Shown: in pieces, positions 8,895 through 17,655 of the stretch
Numbering within the stretch: position 1 is the stretch's first letter
Layout: each line of letters opens with the position of its first letter
Source of the DNA: a virus
Taxonomy: Duplodnaviria > Caudoviricetes
Direction: 5' to 3' (one strand)
IMG/VR virus record: IMGVR_UViG_3300002301_000036
Span: 1 to 38,766 of that record
DNA: 38,766 nucleotides
Position numbers and translations under genes: made by a program
The notes under the pieces: generated by a model
Database searches by the model: none
What the model was told of the DNA's origin: nothing
The model's input: only the letters and a program-made list of their open reading frames with translations

Positions 8895-9150
8895 CGTCTT
8901 ACTCGTAGCCATCGCCGCCTTTATTGGCTATATCTACAGGGATATTCGAGACCAATTAAAAGAGCTAAAGGGTAAATTTGTATCGGCCAAATTGCCAGAG
9001 CCGGAGGTAACTCCAGGCTCTTATGGGACTGTTGGGCTAAGCAACACCAACAAAGACCCCAATGTCGGGTTGGTTGAGGCAAAAACTCCTGAGCAACTAG
9101 AGTGGGAGAACCGCCAACAATTAAGCGATAGTCTGGCGGGGAAGAAATAA
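8887..9150 (+). CDS. membrane-anchored hypothetical protein
   Basis: N-terminal TM INVLLVAIAAFIGYIY. Confidence 0.75.
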   Translation: MINVLLVAIAAFIGYIYRDIRDQLKELKGKFVSAKLPEPEVTPGSYGTVGLSNTNKDPNVGLVEAKTPEQLEWENRQQLSDSLAGKK

Positions 9151-9392
9151 TGGGTATGATTATTGATGGAAAATATGTTAAAGACACTGATTTAGCTCGT
9201 CTACAGAATCGGCAGAACTCTACTTTTAAGACACACGACCAAAAACGGCAAAGACAAGACTATGCCAGAGAGATAGTCCAGCCCTATGACCGACATGGCA
9301 AGCCTAACCCAGATTTTATACAAGCTTTTCCCGAAGAGAGCAAATCTTATGGGTTTATCCCGAGTGATGAGGAGTTGAGAAAGAATGGGTAA
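9150..9392 (+). CDS. hypothetical phage protein
   Basis: TAATG coupling; REIVQPY...PNPDFIQAFPEES. Confidence 0.75.
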   Translation: MGMIIDGKYVKDTDLARLQNRQNSTFKTHDQKRQRQDYAREIVQPYDRHGKPNPDFIQAFPEESKSYGFIPSDEELRKNG

Positions 9393-9681
9393 GGCCAAAA
9401 GTGGCGACAAAGATATCAAAACCTACTCTCTAACAGAGAGAGAATTTAACCATCTATTAATTCTGAACCTAGCTTTGCAATATAACGAGTTAAAAAACAA
9501 AATCATCAGTGGTTTCCTGTATTATGTGGCCAATTCGAGACTAGGATACAACGAGACTCAAAACCTCATTTTTGAAGTTGACCTAGAAGATGACGAAAAG
9601 AAAGAACTGAAAGTTAAGGAAATACCAACGGGTGCTATTGAGCGGGAATTGCGGAAGGCTGACCCAGCGAACCAAGAATAG
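9385..9681 (+). CDS. hypothetical protein
   Basis: GAGGAG SD; ends overlapping the convergent gene. Confidence 0.7.
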   Translation: MGKAKSGDKDIKTYSLTEREFNHLLILNLALQYNELKNKIISGFLYYVANSRLGYNETQNLIFEVDLEDDEKKELKVKEIPTGAIERELRKADPANQE

Positions 9682-11473
9682 ACTGTATGCCACCGACTTG
9701 AGGAGCGGCTGTTGCTTGGCTCTGCATTAACTGAGGCAACATAGCCTGAGCTTCTGTTACGGAGATTCCAAGTAATTGAGATAATTGAGCTGCTGCGGCT
9801 GTTGAAGCTGCATTATAAGTGTTTGCAGGAGTACCAGAAATTAATCCAGTTACACGGCTTAATAATCCACCGCCTGTGCCTTGAGCTCCACCAGCGTTCG
9901 CAAAAGTGGATAATGCATTTTCAATACCAGGAGCTAGTAGTTCTTGTTTCTGAACGGTTGGGGCTAGACTGCCGACTAAAGAGCTCAGACTGCTATAGCC
10001 TGGCAATAGGTCAGCTCCAGGTGCATTTAATTCAGGTACTAGGGTACTTAGAATAGATGCCAGAGAATCTGGGTTAGAGGTTAGGGGATTAGCTTGAGGT
10101 GTCATGGGTGTTCCTGTCATTGATTGTACATTATTTGGTTGAGCTACGTCATTGGGCAAGTTAGTGGTGGCTACGCCAGTGGCTCTAGTTAAAAGGGGTA
10201 AATATTTTTTAGCTCCTGAACTACCCAAAGCTTTTGATAAACCACTTAATACCGAAGTCGCACCCCTATCGGCGGTGTCTGATTTCATTGCCAACCCAGC
10301 TGCAGTCATTAAAGGATGAGCTAGGGTCAGCGGGGCTAGTCCAGCGGCTATATCACTAGCCGAAGTGCCAGTATTGACTGCCCCTGTGGTCGCTCCCTTT
10401 TGAAGAGCCTTTGAAGCTTGCACCCAGTCCGCCTGCATATCATTCAAATCAGACAATTTACTGGCGTTAGTTATATTTTGGACTTCAGAAGCGTAAACTT
10501 TAGGATTTATATCTTTAATAGAACCTATATTGTCAATCAGTTGAGACTTCATATCATCGGTCAATGGAATCGAATTTATTCCATCTGGGGTAAATGACAT
10601 ATCCTTTAGGATATTGGCCATTTTACTGTAAACCTGCGATAGAGCATTGTTGGGAGTACCAGGTTGAGCTCCCGAACCATTCCTAAGTACGTTAGAAGCG
10701 TTACGGAGTTTTTGGAAAGCTTGGTAGGTCTTGGCGGGGCTTGTTGTCATAATGGCTACATCTTTTTCAGGATTGGCATTAAGATTATCTGGGCTAATCA
10801 CCTTCTGAACAAAATCGTTAGCTTTCTGAGCCTGTCCTTTGGTTAATATTTCAGCTCCAGTACCAGTATCTCCACCCCCCAATAACTCTCCAAGATGTGA
10901 GTCGAGGCTGGACACGTTAACTCTAGCTCCGTTATTACCAGCTTCCTCCAGGGCTTGCTGAACCATATTAGTATAAGTTCCACTTGGGCCACTTAGAATT
11001 GGGGCTATTTGAGCGACTTGGCGAGCATCTGTTAGGCCTGAGTCGCCTAGATTACCAACCACAGACTGGTCAATTGGCGATTTAAATTGTGCTTGTAAAG
11101 TACTATCGGCTACATCACCAGCCTTGCCCGCCAGTGAACCAATTAACTTGCCCCCTATTTTACCCAATATCCCGCCGACCCCTTGTCCGACTCCACCCTG
11201 CACAGCCGAACCCAGAACACTACCATCTTGACCTGTTAATTTGTTTTCTAACTCTTTACCCAGAGCGTCACCAGCTGAAGCTCCTGCGACACCACCGCCA
11301 AGAAAGTCTAGGGCTTCGCCACCGATACCACCTAAAATACCACCAGCAGTTGGCAGCATTCTTTCAAAAAAATTGGGGCTAGAACCCGTAGTTGGAGCAG
11401 ACTGCTGGTTAGTAGCCGCTGTTCCACTGTTGGGGTCGAGAGTAACTGTTGTACTGGGATTTACGGGATTCAT
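9635..11473 (-). CDS. putative DNA-ejection (internal virion) protein
   Basis: 612 aa; Gly-rich hydrophobic N-terminal GGILGGIGG...GGGVAGASAG segment; position after tail genes. Confidence 0.6.
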   Translation of the reverse strand: MNPVNPSTTVTLDPNSGTAATNQQSAPTTGSSPNFFERMLPTAGGILGGIGGEALDFLGGGVAGASAGDALGKELENKLTGQDGSVLGSAVQGGVGQGVGGILGKIGGKLIGSLAGKAGDVADSTLQAQFKSPIDQSVVGNLGDSGLTDARQVAQIAPILSGPSGTYTNMVQQALEEAGNNGARVNVSSLDSHLGELLGGGDTGTGAEILTKGQAQKANDFVQKVISPDNLNANPEKDVAIMTTSPAKTYQAFQKLRNASNVLRNGSGAQPGTPNNALSQVYSKMANILKDMSFTPDGINSIPLTDDMKSQLIDNIGSIKDINPKVYASEVQNITNASKLSDLNDMQADWVQASKALQKGATTGAVNTGTSASDIAAGLAPLTLAHPLMTAAGLAMKSDTADRGATSVLSGLSKALGSSGAKKYLPLLTRATGVATTNLPNDVAQPNNVQSMTGTPMTPQANPLTSNPDSLASILSTLVPELNAPGADLLPGYSSLSSLVGSLAPTVQKQELLAPGIENALSTFANAGGAQGTGGGLLSRVTGLISGTPANTYNAASTAAAAQLSQLLGISVTEAQAMLPQLMQSQATAAPQVGGIQSILGSLGQPSAIPAQ

Positions 11474-12414
11474 TGTATATTGAAATTTCCTGCTCCACTT
11501 GAGAAACCAGTTGGTTGCAATAGCGAGGCAACACTATTAGTTTTAGTCGCTGCTGGAGTTGTTGTTGAACCCTGAAGTGTCGGGGTACTGCCCTGCAAAC
11601 TTACAGCAGGAGTCGTGGCCTTACTGGCGTTAAGTTGATTCTGGGCGGCTATATTCTGCAACTTTTGGAAGGCAGATTGCTGTCCAAGTAATGCACTCTG
11701 AGCAGCAGCCTGTTGAGCAGCAGCATTAGCTTGAGTCAAAGCAGCCTGAGCATTCTGCAAGGCCGAGATGGACTGAGCGTAATATTGTTGCTGTTGGGCA
11801 TTTAAACCACCCTGTTGTTGGGCTAAATTCTTGTAAAACTGAACTTGGCTCAAAGCTTGTGCTGCCTGATTCTGAGCATTTTGATAGACCTGGTTTAGAT
11901 TAGACGATACCGTCTGTTCGCCCTGATAACCCAATTGTGCTCCCTGTTGGCCCTGCGTTAGAGCATTCTGGTATAACTGTTGCAGATTTCCAACAGCTGT
12001 ACTCTGAGCCCCGATTTGATTAGATAGAGGAGCTGCAAGCGAAGAATAGTAACCGCCTAATTGAGCCCCACTAAGCCCATAGCCACCAGTCGAACTCTGA
12101 GAGGCTTGATTCAGGGCTGCTAAAGCATTCTGGGATTGAGTTAAGTTTTGAGTAGCCGTTCCCAGACTAGCGGGATTAAAACCCTCGGCCTGTTGAGCTT
12201 GAGAAACGCCCGTATTATACAGATTAAGTGGATTACCTGCATTTTGCATGTAACTGGTATAGCTCTGGAGGTTTTTATTAGCAGCTGCCGATTGAGCTGT
12301 ATCACTGTTATAAGCGTTGCCATAGGAGTTAGCGTTAGCCTGGTCAGAAGCTAACATTTGGTTGCCCTGAGTTTTAGCTTGGGCAGCGGAGGCGGCGAGT
12401 GTTTGTGGTGTCAT
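11470..12414 (-). CDS. Gln/Ala-rich putative ejection/pilot protein
   Basis: Very Q/A/N/S-rich and charge-poor; ATG 12414 directly after leader copy 2. Confidence 0.6.
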   Translation of the reverse strand: MTPQTLAASAAQAKTQGNQMLASDQANANSYGNAYNSDTAQSAAANKNLQSYTSYMQNAGNPLNLYNTGVSQAQQAEGFNPASLGTATQNLTQSQNALAALNQASQSSTGGYGLSGAQLGGYYSSLAAPLSNQIGAQSTAVGNLQQLYQNALTQGQQGAQLGYQGEQTVSSNLNQVYQNAQNQAAQALSQVQFYKNLAQQQGGLNAQQQQYYAQSISALQNAQAALTQANAAAQQAAAQSALLGQQSAFQKLQNIAAQNQLNASKATTPAVSLQGSTPTLQGSTTTPAATKTNSVASLLQPTGFSSGAGNFNIQ

Positions 12415-12469
12415 ATACAAAAAGCCCCCAGATAGGGGGCTAGATTATTTGCCTTATAGTCGGATTATA
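12415..12469 (-). promoter_or_regulatory. late promoter-leader-terminator element, copy 2
   Basis: TGtTATAAT ccgactata AGGCA aataatc TAGCCCCC tatct GGGGGCT TTTT gtat ATG. Confidence 0.9.
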
Positions 12470-12476
12470 ACATAAC

Positions 12477-13010
12477 TCATGCTTGCGATGGAACACTAGT
12501 TCCAGACATATCTTCTACAAAAACATAGACCCTAAGCTCCAGGGCGTAAGCAGCCAGGTTAACCACTGGGTCGGGGTTAGAAGCATCATAAGTTTTCATC
12601 ACGCTAACATAGACATTAGTTGCATCAGCCGTGATTAAAAGATAGGCAAAATTAGCTACATCTGACGCACTCGAAGCAGCGATTGGGCCACCTTCAAACT
12701 GATAATTACTGTACCTATTGGGTTCAGCCCCAGATTGTGTACTATTTCCAGCAGTGCGTTGCCACATAGCCCAAAATCTCGGTATGTAAGTGTAACCGTG
12801 TGCGAACGAATATATCTGAGTCGTTAGGGTAAAAACACTCGTTCCGTTAGGATTTGGCACGTCTTTAGAGAAAAATATATTAATATTCTGAAAACTAGCA
12901 TTATTAGTGCTATCTATTTTTTCAAACGGGTATTTAGTATTAAAAGTTAGCTGTGAAGGTGTAGCGTTAGGCACAGATACTCCAGCTTGTGATACGGATA
13001 TTGGCCCCAT
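12477..13010 (-). CDS. tail/virion structural protein
   Basis: ATPSQLTFNTKYP, FAHGYTYIP; similar to the upstream gene's ATAADYQYVFNSNWP...HNLNMYP. Confidence 0.7.
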   Translation of the reverse strand: MGPISVSQAGVSVPNATPSQLTFNTKYPFEKIDSTNNASFQNINIFFSKDVPNPNGTSVFTLTTQIYSFAHGYTYIPRFWAMWQRTAGNSTQSGAEPNRYSNYQFEGGPIAASSASDVANFAYLLITADATNVYVSVMKTYDASNPDPVVNLAAYALELRVYVFVEDMSGTSVPSQA

Positions 13011-13855
13011 TAGTAAATTACCTCAAGACTAGATGCTGCAACTAGAGGGTCTCGGAAAACCACTAGGCTGGCCTTGTTACCATTAGCGTAGGTGTTAGTA
13101 ATCGTAGACCCCGAAAGGGTTAAACCAGCGGCAGATTGAACCGCCCAACCAGCTGGAAAGTAGACTAAGGCTTCAAAACCCGTACTCGTACTCGAGCCGA
13201 AACCATAAATCCAGGGGACATACCCACTAGGGTTAGTGTAGCTTATCTGATACAACCCCCCTCCCAGGGGTGAGGCTACACCTGATGATTCAGTTACAAC
13301 CGACAGTACAGCTGGTGATTGAGCTCTAGAGTGTAAAATAAAATCTCTCAAATCTGTACTGGTAATATCTTTGTTGTATTTTGTAACTTTTATACCGACG
13401 GCAGGGTCGTAGGGTTGTTTGACAGCTGGATATTTGGGCAGCGTGTAGTTAGCTGGTGTTCCCAAATTAAGATTGTAGCATTTGATGTTTACGATATAAG
13501 AGTTTACGTCATCAATTGTTTGGATATAAATACTGTTTTTGCCAATGTAATAGCTCAATCCAAAGGGCAACGCTTCATTACCCCCACTCATTAATCTGCC
13601 TGAGTCAAGATTCGCTCCATTAACCCTGACCCAAACATCGGTGTAGGGGTACATATTAAGATTGTGATTAACGGTGTAGATGCCCCCACTGAAGTTATAA
13701 ACTGGGATAGTTATCGTAACATCGTAGGCAATTTGCAAGGAGGGCCAATTGGAATTGAAAACATACTGGTAGTCGGCAGCAGTAGCAACACTAGCCCCAA
13801 TTTCAGTAATAAATATACCCGCACTGGTATCGTTAGAAGCTGCCAATGGAGGCAT
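13010..13855 (-). CDS. tail/virion structural protein
   Basis: ORF 13010..13882; likely ATG 13855 after GGAGG; beta-rich. Confidence 0.7.
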   Translation of the reverse strand: MPPLAASNDTSAGIFITEIGASVATAADYQYVFNSNWPSLQIAYDVTITIPVYNFSGGIYTVNHNLNMYPYTDVWVRVNGANLDSGRLMSGGNEALPFGLSYYIGKNSIYIQTIDDVNSYIVNIKCYNLNLGTPANYTLPKYPAVKQPYDPAVGIKVTKYNKDITSTDLRDFILHSRAQSPAVLSVVTESSGVASPLGGGLYQISYTNPSGYVPWIYGFGSSTSTGFEALVYFPAGWAVQSAAGLTLSGSTITNTYANGNKASLVVFRDPLVAASSLEVIY

Positions 13856-14174
13856 TGCCTGACCCTCCACTAATGGCCACACGGATATTACCAGTCCCGT
13901 CCACCGCCGTTAGAGCTCCCTGCATGTTCTGTTGACCTTGATTCTGACCCGACATAATGTTCACAGGGGCAGTCTGAGCTTGAATCTGTTGCTGGTAGAT
14001 TAGGGATTCTAGTGATAGATATGGAATTATGCCGAAAGTATTAGAAACTTCGCCCGTCATCGAGGGTTGAATCTGAAATAGTATATTACCGAATGTTGGC
14101 GTATAGGTCGAATACATCAAAGAGTTGTTTGGTGCATTGGCCGCTAGATTATTAAAGGAGTTGTCGGGTTGCAT
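13833..14174 (-). CDS. virion structural protein
   Basis: TAATG coupling to the nozzle gene. Confidence 0.65.
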   Translation of the reverse strand: MQPDNSFNNLAANAPNNSLMYSTYTPTFGNILFQIQPSMTGEVSNTFGIIPYLSLESLIYQQQIQAQTAPVNIMSGQNQGQQNMQGALTAVDGTGNIRVAISGGSGNASIGSF

Positions 14175-16246
14175 TAACTGTCTTCCTTTCTAATGCCAGT
14201 TTCGTTAACCAATGGGTCAACTTCCATCGTAATACCTGTAAAAGTTGGAGGCGAAGAGGCACTGTTGCACGTCCCCGAAAACCCCCACTGTAACTCGTGA
14301 AAACGGGCATTATTTAGTTCAACCACAATAGAGGTATCGCCCGTAGAGGCTGAGTAGCTTGTTCCTGTAGTTGGGTCTGCACTGACCTGTGTCCCCCTAT
14401 CTAGAGTGTAGTTAGCGGTTAGAGTGGTGTTGGCTGGGAGCGGTAGGAAGTTCAATTTGTACCTCATGCCCTCTTTAAGCTTATATCTAGCCCCACCATC
14501 CCAAATTAACGACTGCCAGCTATAATATGGAGCTGGTGTTGAAGTATTATCTAGGATATCCAAACCGTAGTGGGTAACTGAGTTAGAATCAGTGTATTGC
14601 CATGAAGTGTACATAGTGTCAACAAAGTTTTTAATCATACCAATTTGCAAATTATTGGCCGAAGAGTAATTTTGTAAACCATTAGATAGGGCATATGAAT
14701 AGCCAAACGAGTTCGGATAGGTCAGCTCGACCGCCCCCCATGAATAAATTCCGAAGTTAATGTTTACATTAGTCGTCAAAGATGGATAGCCAATCATCAG
14801 TAGGTTATAACGAGCGTCCATCATATTAGGGTTAACAATCGTGTGGTCTACTGTTCCCAGATAATCGGTGTTCTGGTAGGCAATGTACCTAACTTTTATA
14901 ACCTGTTGGCCACCACCCCATGCGAACAGACTACCCGCACAAACGAAGTAGGTAATATTATTTAGCGTGTAGAGCGAGTACGGAGCTCCCATCGGAATCT
15001 CAATCTTAAAGTTGAAGTTGACGTTAGTACCGTCCCAAAAGTACAACATACCGTCTTGATAATTCTGACTAGAGTTATTAGACCGTTTTTCGGCTGCAAT
15101 TACTAAATATTGGTTGTTTATTGTCAAACCACAAACCTCATAGCCAAAATCGAGAGTCAATTGATGCCTGACCCACTGGCCATTGTTAGGGGACGCATCG
15201 TTAGCGAAGTTATAGGTCGATAGATAAGGGCCATTACCAATACATAAATACTGACCAAAAATAGTAGTTGGATGCCAACCGTTGTTGGTGGCGATTAGCC
15301 TAGAGGCAAATAATAAGAAGTTACAACCCGTTAAATCTTGGGGATTAATCGTTGCTACGGCTGCCGAGTCGTTATTAGTACCAGTGGTTAAGTGAAAGTG
15401 ATACCCAGCATTATTACCAGTCGCAAAGGCATTGGGGATTGCTCTCACAGGCGACGAAAAAACAAACTCATTCCAACCCAGCTTCATGTTGCCAAAAGTA
15501 ATCGTAACTGCCCCCAGCACATTATTTAGTGAATCATGTAGGGTCAGAGTCCAGTTACCAGCTCCAGTATTGGTCACAAAAACAGCGATAGAATAAAAGG
15601 GCTCTATATCAGGAATAAATGGGCAAAATTGGCCTACCCCTTCAACAAGATTACTCGGTAGTGTATATACATTAGTTAGGGTGTTAGTTACTAAATCAGC
15701 GTAATTAGACCGAGTAATCCCTTGTGGTATAGAAGCAGCATTATTACGAGGGATATCGTAAGCGTTAGTAGTTGAGTCGTACATATTAACTACTCCATTA
15801 GCTGTCGAAGCTGAAGGCCCAAAATTGGACGACCTCAGCTGGGGACTGCCTTGAACCTGGCCGTACATGGACACAGAATGCTGGTCGGGGATATATAACT
15901 GGTCAGATTGCTGGTTATAGGCGATACCAGCTGCCCCGTTGGATTTTAATTGACCGAAATTACTAATCACTCCAGCGGTGCTAATTCTATATAGATTACC
16001 AGCCGAACCCACCCCATATCTGACTCCATTGGGGTCTTGCACCATCGCTTGAATTAAATCCTGGAGGGTGCTAGATACAGGCCTAGCTCCTGGTAAAACA
16101 TTCATCTGGGAGGCTTTTTGACGGAAGTCTAGGGCTTGTGAAGAGTAAAAAGAGTTAGCAATACCATACTTGTAATCAATGCTCACTCCTCCTTGAAAAG
16201 CATTTAAATGGATTTTGTCTTTAGGTGTATTCTTAATTCCTGCCAT
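14174..16246 (-). CDS. tail nozzle/tubular protein B-like (beta-propeller)
   Basis: 690 aa; N-terminal FQGG, LYFWDG; follows the adaptor once HNH and IS are removed, as in podoviruses. Confidence 0.65.
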   Translation of the reverse strand: MAGIKNTPKDKIHLNAFQGGVSIDYKYGIANSFYSSQALDFRQKASQMNVLPGARPVSSTLQDLIQAMVQDPNGVRYGVGSAGNLYRISTAGVISNFGQLKSNGAAGIAYNQQSDQLYIPDQHSVSMYGQVQGSPQLRSSNFGPSASTANGVVNMYDSTTNAYDIPRNNAASIPQGITRSNYADLVTNTLTNVYTLPSNLVEGVGQFCPFIPDIEPFYSIAVFVTNTGAGNWTLTLHDSLNNVLGAVTITFGNMKLGWNEFVFSSPVRAIPNAFATGNNAGYHFHLTTGTNNDSAAVATINPQDLTGCNFLLFASRLIATNNGWHPTTIFGQYLCIGNGPYLSTYNFANDASPNNGQWVRHQLTLDFGYEVCGLTINNQYLVIAAEKRSNNSSQNYQDGMLYFWDGTNVNFNFKIEIPMGAPYSLYTLNNITYFVCAGSLFAWGGGQQVIKVRYIAYQNTDYLGTVDHTIVNPNMMDARYNLLMIGYPSLTTNVNINFGIYSWGAVELTYPNSFGYSYALSNGLQNYSSANNLQIGMIKNFVDTMYTSWQYTDSNSVTHYGLDILDNTSTPAPYYSWQSLIWDGGARYKLKEGMRYKLNFLPLPANTTLTANYTLDRGTQVSADPTTGTSYSASTGDTSIVVELNNARFHELQWGFSGTCNSASSPPTFTGITMEVDPLVNETGIRKEDS

Positions 16247-16297
16247 AAATAAAAAACCCGCTCCTGCGGGCTAAAATAGTTGCCTGAGTTTATTATA
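16247..16297 (-). promoter_or_regulatory. late promoter-leader-terminator element, copy 3
   Basis: TGtTATAAT aaactc AGGCA actattt TAGCCCGC agga GCGGGTT TTTT attt ATG. Confidence 0.9.
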
Positions 16298-16440
16298 ACA
16301 TTAAGTCCTCAAACTCCTCTCTGGTGAAAGTTCTACTATGAGTGGGGGTTTTGGCGTGGCAATCGTGGCATAAAGTTCGACCATTATTTACATCGTGGAT
16401 TAACTCTGGGAATAAATGTTTAGGCTTTATGTGGTCAATC
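16293..16440 (-). pseudogene. HNH endonuclease, 3' fragment
   Basis: Manual translation IDHIKPKHLFPELIHDVNNGRTLCHDCHAKT...LML*; in frame with the 5' fragment when the IS and one duplicated target copy are removed. Confidence 0.92.
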
Positions 16441-16493
16441 CACGAGTGTGTAGTCAAGGTAACAGCCTATAACAGTGGTCTACAAACCGCTAG

Positions 16494-16640
16494 CTATTGC
16501 CCGCAGTCGCTCTGCTCAATCGGGCAATTTGGCGGTAGTGCTGGTGGCCTGCCAAATATGAACCAAACCCAAAATGCTATAAAACCCAACACAATAACTG
16601 CAGCCCCGATATTTATTAGCCAGTCTTTACGCCAATTCAT
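16494..16640 (-). CDS. IS passenger: 48-aa single-TM protein
   Basis: MNWRKDWLINIGAAVIVLGFIAFWVWFIFGRPPALPPNCPIEQSDCGQ; TACAAT 9 nt upstream. Confidence 0.65.
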   Translation of the reverse strand: MNWRKDWLINIGAAVIVLGFIAFWVWFIFGRPPALPPNCPIEQSDCGQ

Positions 16641-16816
16641 AATATTATTATTGTACGCCCTAGCGCATCTTCGCTCTATGCTTATGCATATTGCGTGTAG
16701 TTTTTATTACAAAGTGTTTGTGCTAACAGTGGTAGAATATCTATTCCCTCATCAAATTCATCTCTCTCCTCACCTAGACTATTGTTTTAGTAGTTGGTTG
16801 TGTTACTATTTAAGTA

Positions 16817-17278
16817 ATGAAAGGGAAAACAACATACAAACGGCCAACAGAACACTCTGCCGCTCGTACACTAGGTAGATTTTTCTCTAAGCTACCAGAC
16901 AAAGATAAGGTTACAAAAGCTGAAATATTTGTTGCGTGGGATAGGGACAAGCCAGAATACGAGAGTAAAAACGAGGGCTGGCTATCAAATAAGCTAGTCG
17001 GCATATACTATTACGGACTGGCTAATCCAATTTACTCGCATAATCCCTACAGACATTTTGCAGGCTTAGAACTTACAACTAAGGGTAAGAGAGCTTTAGG
17101 TAGAATAGACGCACCAAATACGGCCGAAGATACTGAAATTGTCCCTACCCTTACTAGAGCAGCTACTCAAAGCGAGTGGACTATTGATGACCTTATCGTA
17201 GGAGCGTCTAGGGTAAACGAGAAGCTAACTACCCATAAAGTTAGAGTAACGCTAGAGGAGGTTGCCAACCAGAAATAA
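16817..17278 (+). CDS. IS passenger: hypothetical, possible winged-helix protein
   Basis: TGtTACTAT 7 nt before ATG; LELTTKGKRAL resembles a wHTH wing end. Confidence 0.7.
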   Translation: MKGKTTYKRPTEHSAARTLGRFFSKLPDKDKVTKAEIFVAWDRDKPEYESKNEGWLSNKLVGIYYYGLANPIYSHNPYRHFAGLELTTKGKRALGRIDAPNTAEDTEIVPTLTRAATQSEWTIDDLIVGASRVNEKLTTHKVRVTLEEVANQK

Positions 17279-17366
17279 AAAAGTAGTGTAGAGTGCGCTG
17301 GTTTATACACAAACGAGAACTGAAGGCCCTCACATATAAACCAGCGCACCGTGCACTACTTAACAC
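17275..17366 (-). ncRNA. putative IS-encoded hairpin sRNA; may also act as the transposase terminator
   Basis: TTGACG-17-TATAGT (17401..17373) precedes a long stem (15-bp perfect 17293-17307/17335-17349 plus 10-bp outer) followed by a T run. Confidence 0.6.
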
Positions 17367-17454
17367 TAGTATACTATAGACTAGTTAAAGCTATCCGTCA
17401 ATTATAAAGGTTCTTGCTATAATAGCACTGTAACAATAGCATAAGGAGTCCCAC

Positions 17455-17655
17455 GTGGGCAAAAAAAACTTTATAGAACTTCTTACACTCGCTGCGCAGC
17501 CTTTGCCAAAAGGAGCGGGAAAATCAACTCCCGCCTATGATTATAGCGATAAGCAAATTCTGCAGCGTACGAACCGAGATAGCGTGGCGAAACTGAATGG
17601 TAAGTCCCGTCCAAAGAGCGGCGGAACTGTCCGAAAAAGCCCTCCACGTGGTTAG
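17455..17655 (+). CDS. small basic ORF antisense to the transposase 3' end
   Basis: Own TGcTATAAT promoter and AAGGAG SD before the GTG start. Confidence 0.55.
   Translation: MGKKNFIELLTLAAQPLPKGAGKSTPAYDYSDKQILQRTNRDSVAKLNGKSRPKSGGTVRKSPPRG

Noticed and set aside
16342-16878. 178-aa plus-strand ORF
   Set aside because: Crosses the IS boundary, is antisense to the HNH fragment and the TM passenger, and has no plausible protein features
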